Below are positions 53,420 through 64,000 of a stretch of 64,000 nt of DNA, one piece after another. Numbering within the stretch: the first letter of the stretch is position 1; each line of letters starts with the position of its first letter. This DNA is from Mobula hypostoma (Eukaryota). The notes under the pieces were generated by a model. It made no database searches. It was not told the origin of the DNA and saw only the letters and a program-made list of their open reading frames with translations. A program made the translations under genes and the position numbers. The stretch lies in contig NC_086101.1 of the NCBI RefSeq assembly GCF_963921235.1, positions 9,860,001 through 9,924,000 on the forward strand. The letters are read 5' to 3'.

Positions 53420-55540
53420 TTCCGTAGGGATCTTTTCCTCCACTTTCCATAGGGATTGTTCTCTCTTTGACTCCCTTGTCCTCCCATCCCTCCCCAATGA
53501 CTTCCATCCTGGCACTTATCCCTGCAAGCTGGGCAATTGCTACACCTGTCTGGCATGTCCTCCCTCAGCCACCATTCAGGTCCCAAAACAGTACTTCCAG
53601 GTGTTTAGGGTCATGAATGGTGGTGAGTTTGTCAGAGCCAGCCACTGTATCCAGTGCTCCCACTGCGGCCCCACCTGTATTGGTGAGATCCAATGTAAAC
53701 GGAAGGGCGCTTTGTCACTCACCTCCACTTTGTCCACTCGGCAGGATTTCTTGATGACCACCCACTTCAATTCAACTTCCCATTCCCATTCCATCATGGC
53801 CTTCTCTATTGCCATGATGAGGACACATTAAGGTCAAAGAAACGACACCCCATATTCTGTCTGGGTAGTCTCCAACCTGAACATTGATTTCGCTAGTGGT
53901 CCACTCTCCTCTCCTATCAGCCCCTTCAGGAAGAAATAAGGCTGCACACCCATTTTTTTTCTTAAATCAGATGCTTGAAGAATGAAAACAAAACAGAAAA
54001 TGCTTGCAATTCACAGCAAGACAGGTAGCATTTGAATCAATTCTGGGAGAGGTCACTGCTGAGGAACATGAAATCTGTTCTTCACAGATCCTGACAGGCC
54101 TGCTGTGTTTCTTATGTATTTCCTGGGTATAGAAAGGGTCCAAAACCAAACATCTGATTCAACATAGAGATTCCTTCTCTACTTGTTTCATAAATTAGAG
54201 GAATATCTCCTCACACTCCGCCAGGACAGCCTGCAAACTGGCGACATGAACATCGAATACTCAAACTTCCTATAGCCGCTCCCCCTCTATCACCGTGATT
54301 CTCACAGCTACCTGGACTATACCTTTTCCCACCTTGTTACTTCTAAAACACCATCCCCTTCTCTCAATTCCTATTTCTCTACAGCGTCTGTTCTCAGGAT
54401 GAGGGTTTTCATTCCAGTACTAAGGAGATGTCCTCCTTCAAGGAAAGGGGCTTCCCTTCCTCCACCACCAACTTTCCCCTCACCCACATCTCTTCCATTT
54501 CAGGCACGTCTGCCCTCACCCCACCCTCCCACCATCCCACCAGGGATGGGGTTTCTTGTGTCCTCGTCTACCACCACACTAGCCTCCACATCCAGCGCAT
54601 AATCCTCTGTAACTTTCACCATCTCCAACGGGATCCCACTACCAAGCATATCTTTCTCTCCCACCACCCTGCGCCCCCCAACTTTCTGTTTTCCACAGTG
54701 ATCTCTCCCTACAATACCCCCTTGTTCATTTGTTCCTCCTGGCACTATCCTTGCTAACAGAACAAGTGCTACACCTACCTCTACACCTCCTCCCTCACTA
54801 CCATTCAGGGCCCCAAACAGCCCTTCCAGGTGAGGCGACACTTCACCTGCAAGTCTGTTTGGGTCATCTACTGTGTCTGGTGCTCCTGGAGTGGCCTCCT
54901 GTATATCGGTGAGACCCAAAGTAGATTGGGAGACCGCTTCACCAAGCACTTACGATCCATCTGCCAGAAAAAGCGGGATCTCCTAGTGGCCATGCATTTT
55001 AATTCCACTTCCCGTTCCCATTCCAAAATGTCAGGCCATGGCCTCCTCTGCTATCCCGATGCGAACACACTCAGGTTGGAAGAGCAAAAGCTTATATTCC
55101 ATCTTAGTAGCCTTAAACCTGATGGCAGGAACATCAAGTTCTCGAACTTCGGATAATGCCACTCCCTCCACGTCTCCATTCCCATTTTCCTCTCTCAACT
55201 TAACTCCTAACCCCTGCACATCACCTCCCTCTGGTGCTCCTCCTTTCCCTTTCTTCCACAGCCACTTGTCCTTTCCTATCAGATTCCCACTTCTCAAGCC
55301 CTTTATCTCTTTCACCAATCAACGTCCCAGCTCTTTACTTCACCCCTCTCTCCTTTCACGTTTCACCTATCACCTCTGCCTTGTATTTATTCCTCGCCTC
55401 CCCCACCTTCTTATCGTGACGTCATCTCTTTTTCTCCAGTCCTGATGAAGCGTCCCGGTGCAAAACATCGACTGTTCACTCTTTTCAATAGATGCTGCCT
55501 GGCCTGCTGAGTTCCTCCAGCATTTTAAGCGTTGCTGCTG
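53420..55540 (+). mobile_element. Two older Penelope-like fragments (about 53420-53900 and about 54290-55540)
   Basis: GIY-YIG ORFs 53361-53831 and 54830-55156 (FTCKSVWVIYCVWC..YIGETQSRLGDRF..HL). Confidence 0.85.
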
Positions 55541-55688
55541 AATCTGCAGTGTTTTTGTTCCGTTGACAGATGCGGTGAACGAGTTAAAATTAATGGATCG
55601 ATAATCCTCATATCGTGCTTATTTCACTCTCCGCACATTTATATTTACACTGACTTACTCCTGACGCCGGTCCCGGGACCCGACCCGT

Positions 55689-56221
55689 TTACAGACCCGG
55701 AGCGGAACCGGAGCAGATTCTCAGCCACTGGTATTCATATCCAATCCCGAAGAAAGGATAAAGTTTCCCCATGAATTTGTTCCCTGTGAAGGTGTGGAGA
55801 TGGGACTTGGTCTCCGCGTTGTAAAATGAAACTGTCCCTGACTCGTAACTGAGATAAACTCCTACCCTCCCGGGGATGGGACAGTCAAGGAGATGGGACT
55901 CAGGGGAGGTGAAAACCCACATCACGTGATCAACCCGCCTGATGATCCAAAATCCGGTCTCCGGACTCTGTGTGACCCGTCCCTTCCTCTCCACAGGCTC
56001 TGCGGCGACTCCCAGATCCCACCACCGATTCGCCGTCACCTCCACCTCCCAGTAACGTCTCCCCGATATGAATCCCTCCGATCCCAGCACAGAAACCCAG
56101 TTTGTGAACCTCGTCGCGGTGCCAAGGAGATTCCTCCGGGTCTCAGTCCGTCTCACACTCTTCCGATCCTCAGACACCTCGAGCGCCGGATGCGCTGTTT
56201 CCACATCCAGGGTGACAGAGA
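55689..56221 (-). CDS. TRIM paralog B, terminal B30.2 (PRY-SPRY) exon; upstream exons not found in window
   Basis: tttctcccccccag|TCTCTGTCACCCTGGAT acceptor as in gene A; open 533-nt exon VSVTLDVETAHPALEVSEDRKSV...YWEVEV...LYPFF...SAPGL*. Confidence 0.9.
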
Positions 56222-56639
56222 CTGGGGGGGAGAAACAGAGAATTAGAGAGTCCCTGGGGATCGGGGGGAGACGCGGGCAGCCAGTATCTTCACGAGATTT
56301 TTCCACCAGGACGGAGAGCGGAATTTTCACGATCAACACATACAAAATACCAGAGGATATCCTTGCGTTGAGCAGCATATGTGGCGGGAGATGGACAGTC
56401 CATGTTTCAGGTTGAGACCATTCCCAATGAATGCAAAGAAAGACGGGAGATAGCCAGTGGAAACGAGTGTGTGGAAAGAATGGTGCTACAACTGGAGCCA
56501 GATGAGGATGGGGTGAGTGAATTCTGGAGGCATTTTCAGAGGAGGTCAGGGACGCTTTTCCACCGAATTCATTCATGCCACCCAATTTGTTTTGATGAAC
56601 TAGTCCCATTTGACTACATTTACCCATTATTCCTTGAGC

Positions 56640-59600
56640 TGAGTCAATCGAGTGTGGCTTTCGCTCATTAGGCGAGGTAAAGTATCTAGTAACTTTCTTG
56701 TTTTGTTCTTATTTCTTCATTCCTCCTCTGTTAGGGTGTAGTAGTGCAGTGAGAATGGTTCCTGAGCAGTGTTTTGTACTGTGTGGGAGGTGGGAGATTT
56801 GGGAGACCTCCAGTCTGCAGCTCCTGAGAGAACGAATTAATGAACTGGAGCTGCAGCTCAGTGACCTTCAGTTCATACAGGGAGATACAGGGAGGTCGTC
56901 ACTCCTAGGTTACGGTAGGCAGGTAATTGGGTGAGCGTCAGCCAGTGCAGAGTACGCCTGTGACCATTCCTCTCAATCATAAGTATACAACATTAGGTCT
57001 GCTGAGGGGGACGACCTACGGGTTGAGCCACAGTGCCTGGGTCTTTGCCGTGAGTCTGGTGCTGTGGCTCAGAAGAACAGAGAGGTGAAGATGGCTGCAG
57101 TGTTGACAGGCGATTCCATAGTCAGAGAAACAGAGACAAGAGTCTGTGATGTTCCGATGGTAGGTGGCCTCCCTGGTACCAGGTTCGGGGATAAGTCAGT
57201 TCGTGTCCATGATAAATTCAAGGGCGAGGGTGTGCAGCCAGAAGTTTAGGTACATATTGGCACCATTGACATAGTTAGACAAGGTGAGGAGCGAGATTTT
57301 AGGGAGCTAGTAGAAAGCTGAGAAACAGGACCTCCAGGGTAGTAACCTCTAGATTGCTGCCTGCGCCACGTGCCAGTGAGGGTAAGAATAGGATGATTTG
57401 GCCGGTGAATGCATGGCTGAGGAACTGGTGTAGGGGGCAGTGGTTCAGATTAATGGACCACTGGGATCCCTTCTGGGGAAGGTACAAAGTGTACAAAAGA
57501 GATGGGTTACACCTGAATCCGAGGGGGTCCAATTTCCTTCTAGGCAGGTTTGTAAGAGTTGTTTAAACTAGTTTGGCCAGGGGATGGGAACCGCAGTGCG
57601 AGTGCTAAAGATGAGGTTTACAAACAGAGGCAGTGTGTTGTGAGACTCCTAGCCAGGAGAGGCTGATAATAGGGCAAACTTGCAGTCAACAGAATGAGTT
57701 GCAATGTGAAAAGTTGGCAAAAACTCCAGCACATCCTCTTTCTTAATGTCTATATACTCAATCTTTTCAGTCCACTGTAAGTCATCCCTACAATCGCCAA
57801 GATCCTTTTCCGTAGTGAATGCTGAAGCAAAGTACTCATTAAGTACCTCTGCTATCTCCTCCGGTTCCATACACACTTTTCCACTGTCACACTTGATTGG
57901 TCCTATTCTCTCACAACTTATCCACTTGCTTTAACATACTTGTAGAATGCCTTGGGGATTTCCTTAATCCTGTCCGCCACAGCCTTCTCATAGCCCCTTC
58001 TGGCACTCCTAATTTCTTTCTTGAGCTCCTTCCTGCTGACCTTATAATCTTCTAGCTCTCTATCATAACCTAGCTTTTTCAACCTTTTGTAAGCTCTTCT
58101 TTTCTTCTTAACTAGATTTACGACAGCCTTTGTACACCATGGTTCCTGTACCCTACCATCCTTTCCATGTCTCATTGGAATGTATCTATTCAAAACTCCA
58201 TGCATATATCCCCTGAACATTTGCCACATTTCTTCCATACATTTCCCTGAGAACATCCGTTTCCAATTTATGTGTCCAAGTTCCTGCCTGATAGCCTTAT
58301 ATTTCCCCTTACTCCAATTAAACGCTTTCCTAACTTACCTGTTCCTAACCCTCTCCTATGCTATGGTAAAGGAGACAGAGTTGTGATCACTATATCCAAA
58401 ATTCTCTCTCACTGAGAGATCTGACACTTGACCAGGTTCATTTCCCAATACCAGATCAAGTACAGCCTCTCCTCTTGTAGGCTTACCTACATATTGTATC
58501 CGCCTTGAACACACCTAACAAACTCCACCCCATCTAAACCCCTTGCTCTAAGGACATGCCAATCGATACTTGGGAAATTTGGGAAAATCTCCCACCACGA
58601 CCACTTTTATTATTATACGTTTCCAGAATCTGTCTCCCTATCTGCTCCTCGGTGTCCCTTTTACTATTGGGTATCGATGAAAAACACCCAGTAGAGCTAT
58701 TGACCCTTTCCTGTTCCTAACTTCCACCCACAGAGACTCCGTTTCCAATCCCTCCATATCTTCCTCCTTTTCTACAGCCGTGACACCATCTCTGATCAAC
58801 AGTGCCATGCCCCCACCTCTTTTACCTCCCTCCGTGCCCTTTCTGAAACATTTAAAGCCTGGCACATGAAGTAAGCATTCCTGCCCCTGAGCCATCCAAG
58901 TCCCTGTAATGGCCACAACATTATAGCTCCAAGTACTGTTCCATGCTCTAAGCTCATTGGCTTTGCATTAAAGTAGACACATCTCCAACCACCGGTCTGA
59001 GCGTGTCCCTTCTTGATCACCTGCCTATCCTCCCTCTCGCACTGTCTCCAAGCTTTCTCTATTTGTGAGCCAACTGCCTCTTCTTCCGTCTCTTCAGTTT
59101 GGTTCCCACCCCCCAGCAATCCTAGTTTAAACTCTCCCCAATAGCCTTAGTAAACCTCCCCGCCAGGGTATTGGTCCCCCTGGGATTCAAGTGCAACTCA
59201 TCCTTTTTGTACAGGTTGCTCCTGCCCCAGAAGTGGTCCCAATGATCCAGAAATCCGAATCCCTGCCCCCTGCTCCAATCCCTCAGCCACACATTTATCT
59301 CCACCACATTCTACTCCTATACTCACTGTCACGTGGCACAGGCAGTAATCCCGAGATTACTACCTTTGTAGTCCTGTTCCTCAGCTTCCTTCCTAACTCC
59401 CTGTAGTCTGCTTTCAGAACCTCCTCCCTGTTCCTGCCTATGTCGTTGGTACCAATATGTACCACGATCTCTGGCTGTTCTTCCCACTTCAGGATATCTT
59501 GGACGCCATCAGAAACATCCCGGACCCTGGCACCTGCGAGGCAAACTACCATCCGTGTCTTTTTCCTGCATCTACAGAATTGCCTGTCTGGCCCAGGTAG

Positions 59601-60222
59601 ATTGGGAAAATTAGGTTGGTGCTGTATTCCAAAAGGGGGAATTTCTGGAGTGCTTATGAGATGGCTTTTTAGAACACTTCATACTAGAGACCACTAGGGA
59701 ATCAGCTATTCTGGATTGGGTGCTGTGCAATGAATCAGAATTGATTAGAGAGTTTAAGGTAAAAAGAATCCCTTGGGGCAAGTGATCATTATATGATCGA
59801 ATTCACCCTGAAATTTGAGAAGAAACAGAAGTTATATATATTAGTTTTACAGTGGTGTAAAGGAAATTACAGAGGCATGAAAGAGGAGTTGGCCAGGTTT
59901 GATTAGAAAAGAACACTGGTAGGGCTAACGGCAGAGCAGTAATGGCTGAAATTTCTGAAAGCAATTCATAAGGCACAGGATATATATATTCCAAAGAGAA
60001 AAAAATGTACTCTAAAGGAAAGCTGAAACAGCTGCGGTTAACAAGAGAAGTCAATGCCAATATACATGCTAAAGGGAGGGCATCTGGTAGAGCAAAAATC
60101 AGTGAGAAGTTAGAGGACCAGGAAGCTTTTAGAAACCAACAGAACTAAAAAAGTCATTAAAAAGTTATTAAGAAGGAAACCATGGAATACAAAATTAAGC
60201 TAGCCAACAATATTAAAGAGGA
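56640..60222. mobile_element. CR1 fragments in alternating orientation (ORF1 plus about 56640-57715; ORF1-EN minus about 57718-59590; plus about 59590-60222, resuming at 61660)
   Basis: GDSIVR, HIGTND and DGLHLNP esterase motifs; KRGGGMALLI; YIP..PWCT. Confidence 0.85.
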
Positions 60223-61659
60223 AAAGCGCAAACAACAGGAATTCTGCAGATGCTGGAAATTCAAGCAACACACATAAAAGTTGCTGGTGAACGCAGCAGG
60301 CCAGGCAGCATCTCTAGGAAGAGGTGCAGTCGACGTTTCAGGCCGAGACCCTTCGTCAGGACTAACTGAAGGAAGAGTGAGTAAGGGATTTGAAAGTTGG
60401 AGGGGGAGGGGGAGATCCAAAATGATAGGAGAAGACAGGAGGGGGAGGGAGAAAAAGGAGAGTGAAAGAATGTGTGTATAAAAATAAGTAACAGATGGGG
60501 TACTGGGACTGACTGGGGCCACCATTCAGGGCCCCAAACAGTCCTTCCAGGTGAGGCAACACTTCACCTGTGAGTCGGCTGGGATGATATACTGCGTCCG
60601 GTGCTCCCGATGTGGCCTTTTATATATTGGCGAGACCCGACACAGACTGGGACCACTATTCAGGGCCCCAAACAGTCCTTCCAGGTGAGGCAACACTTCA
60701 CCTGTGAGTCGGCTGCGGTGATATACTGCGTCCGGTGCTCCCAATGTGGCCTTTTATATATTGGTGAGACCCGACGCAGACTGGGAGACCGCTTTGCTGA
60801 ACACCTACGCTCTGTCCGCCAGAGAAAGCAGGATCTCCCAGTGGCCACACATTTTAATTCCACATCCCATTCCCATTCTGACATGTCTATCCACGGCCTC
60901 CTCTACTGTAAAGATGAAGCCACACTCAGGTTGGAGGAACAACACCTTATATTCCGAGGTCCGGGAAGAAAGACGGAGGGGGGGACCCAGAGGATGGGCA
61001 AGGGGTATATTCAGAGGGACAGAGGGAGAAAAAGGAGAGTGAAAGAATGTGTGTATAAAAATAAGTAACAGATGGGGTACTGGGACTGACTGGGACTGAC
61101 TGGGGCCACCATTCAGGGCTCCAAACAGTCCTTCCAGGTGAGGCAACACTTCACCTGTGAGTCGGCTGGGGTGATATACTGCGTCCGGTGCTCCCGATGT
61201 GGCGTTTTATATATTGGTGAGACCCGACGCAGACTGGGAGACCGCTTTGCTGAACACCTACGCTCTGTCCGCCAGAGAAAGCAGGATCTCCCAGTGGCCA
61301 CACATTTTAATTCCACATCCCATTCCCACATTCTTTCACTCTCCTTTTTCTCCCTCTGTCCCTCTGAATATACCCCTTGCCCATCCTCTGGGTCCCCCCC
61401 CACCATCTTTCTTCCCAGACCTCCTGTCCCATGACCCTCTCGTATCCCTTTTGCCTATCACCTGTCCAGCTCTTGGCTCCATCCCTCCTCCTCCTGTCTT
61501 CTCCTATCATTTTGGATCTCCCCCTCCCCCTCCAACTTTCAAATCCCTTACTCACTCTTCCTTCAGTTAGTCCTGACAAAGGGTCTCGGCCTGAAACGTC
61601 GACTGTACCTCTTCCTAGAGATGCTGCCTGGCCTGCTGCGTTCACCAGCAACTTTTATG
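60223..61659. mobile_element. Complex Penelope insertion (inverted 3' repeats + three GIY-YIG segments) with 14-bp TSD
   Basis: AATATTAAAGAGGA at 60209-60222 and 61660-61673; RQHFTCESA..VIYCVRC segments restart near 60520, 60655 and 61110. Confidence 0.9.
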
Positions 61660-64000
61660 AATATTAAAGAGGATACCAGAAGTTACTTTAGAAACATAAA
61701 GTGTAAAAGAGAAGTGAGAGTGGATATTAGATCACTGGAAATTGATGCCTATCCAGACTCTCCTTATCATCCAAACCCTGCAGTCTCGGTAACATCCTCA
61801 TAGTTTAATGGCATCCTTCCTATAGCAAGATAACCAGAACTGTACACAGTCCTCCAAACAGTGTCTTGTACATCCCAGTATACAGACTGATAAAGGCAAT
61901 CACCTTCTGGTCTGCCTTTTCTACACCAGTCCCCAGGGCCCCACTTATTGCTCTGTAAATCCTGTCCTGGTTTGCCTTCCCAAAACCCACATTTCTCTGA
62001 ACTGAAATCCATTTGCCATTCTACGGCTCACTGGTCAAGATGATCAAAATCCCGTTATAATCTCGGAAAAACCCTGGGCACCATGGTAATGCAGCAGATT
62101 GGGCAACGTTGTTACACCTTGAGGCATTCAGGAGTTCAGAGTTCGATTCCAGTGCTGTCAGTAAGAAGGATGTACGTTCTCCCCATGAACATGTGGGTTT
62201 CCTCCGGGTGCTTTAGATTCTTCCCACAGAACAAAGACATACCCGTTAGTCGCCTAATTGGTCACTGTAAATTGTCCTGTTTCAATTCTATAGACAAGGC
62301 ACGGAAGGAGACTGACCTAATGCCGACCAGTTGGATGAGTGTAGATGGGTAAATAGGTCAGCACAGAGGTGATGGGTTGAAGGGCCTGTTTCTGTGCTGT
62401 ACGGCAATGACTCTGTGACCTTAAATGAGTTGAATGACTGAGACCCCACAGCCCTCTGGTGCAGAGAATTCCAGATACACCATCCTCTGAGGGTTCACCC
62501 CATCCTGAGACAGTGACCCCTGACCCTCGACTCCTCAGACAGGGGAAACATCCTCCCTGCATTCTGTCTGTTGAGCCTGGGAAGAATTTTGTGATTCCCT
62601 GAGATCTCCTCTCATTTTTCTAAAGAGGGAACATAGAACAGTACAGCACCGGAACAGGCCCTTCATTCAATGTGACAGTGACTGATAGATACTGGCATCA
62701 GTTCCTCTTCTGTACCAGTTCCCCAAAACCTCAATCTCTCCATCTTTCAAAATTTTACCTAACTCCACCTTAAACATATCCAATGATCAGGCCTCACACA
62801 ATCTTCTGGAGGAACTGAGTGGGTTAAGCAGTACCTGTGGGAGGAAAGGGACAGTCGATGTTTCGGGTCGAACCCCTACATCAGGACTGAGAGTGGAGAG
62901 GGGAGATGGCCGTTTTACAGAGGAGAAGGGGAGTGATGTGTCAGAAGTCTGAAGTGACTGCGGACTGAGGAGGAGGGCAGGTTGTTCCAGACAGGGAAGG
63001 GGTGGGGGTGTGGGCTGGAGTTGGGTGACCGTGCTGGAGTCAGACACAGAGGATGAAGTGAGAGGGCGATGGAACAAGGAGGGTGTGAATGAATCTCATC
63101 AGGAAAGGAGGTGATAATGGGGACCGTTAGGAGAGAGGTGAATGGCAGATGGAACCAGAACCAGATGGGCCGGGGTGAGAAGCATGCAGGTGAACCATTA
63201 ATGCAGCTCCCCACAAGCCCACCTCCAGCACCCCATCACCCACATTCCACTCAGTCCTGATGCAGGGTGTCAGCCCATTCAGGATCAATATGGTCACTGA
63301 TATCTGGAGTCACAGGAAATGACAGAGGCCATTTATGTGTTTCCCATGGAGACAGGTATGGGAGATGGGGAATTAAAGCAAATGAGTCGTTATGTCTTGG
63401 AACGTATCCATATTACAAAAGAGGAATGTAGATTGGATTCACAATTGGCTTGGTCACAGGAGACAGAGGGCTGTGGTGGAGGAGTGTTATTCTGTCTGGA
63501 CGTCTGTGACGAATAGTATGGCACAGAGTTCAATGCTGGTAACTCTGTGGGCTACAAAATTTAAAAAAAATGTGCAGATGCTGGAAATCCAAGCAACAGA
63601 AACAAAATGCTGGAGGAACTCAGCAGGCCAAGCAGCATCTATGGTGAAGAGTGTTTCAAACCGAGACTCTTCAACAGCACTGGGGAAAAAGGACTGGAAG
63701 TTAGACCAAGGGGGTGGTGAGAAGGGAGCAAGAAGTGCAAGGTAGCCGGTCATAGGTGAAACTGGGAGAGGGGGAGTGTGAAGTAAAGAGCCGGGAAGTT
63801 GATAGGCGAAAGAGGTAAAGGACTGGAGAAGGGGGAATCTGATGGGAGGGGCTGAAGGCCATGGAAGAAAGGGAAGTGGGAGGAGCACCAGAGGGAGGTG
63901 ATGAGCAGGTAAGGAGATAAGCAGAGAGGGGGAAATGGGACTAGCAATGGTGGTGGAGACGGGGGGCATTATCAGAAGTTCGAGAAATCGATGTTCATGC

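Noticed and set aside
56222..64000. Upstream exons of paralog B
   Set aside because: No match to the 23-nt or 119-nt exons or their flanks was seen; the region is mostly TE, so they presumably lie beyond the window

Overview
Repeat-dense vertebrate genomic DNA, inferred to be from a cartilaginous fish (ray or shark) from its CR1-dominated repeats, V-SINEs, Penelope elements and TRIM type. It holds part of a minus-strand tandem cluster of RING-Bbox-coiled-coil-B30.2 (PRY-SPRY) TRIM genes. One complete 6-exon gene (38967->17281, 621 aa, all junctions GT-AG and in phase) can be assembled by hand. The terminal B30.2 exon of an upstream paralog lies at 56221->55689. The main finding is that the complete gene carries an in-frame 450-nt (150-aa) insertion relative to the paralog. 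It is built from 23 x 18-bp units encoding a very acidic hexapeptide repeat (GDVESE-like) and sits in the first variable (V1) region of the B30.2 ligand-binding domain. The rest is nested TEs: CR1, a near full-length decayed L1, Tx1-like, Rex/Babar, RTE, an RNase H-bearing I/Nimb-like LINE, Penelope (GIY-YIG) elements with minimal hammerhead motifs, hAT and mariner derivatives with TSDs, and a probable solo LTR. TE family names come from motif recognition, not searches, and TE boundaries without TSDs are approximate.
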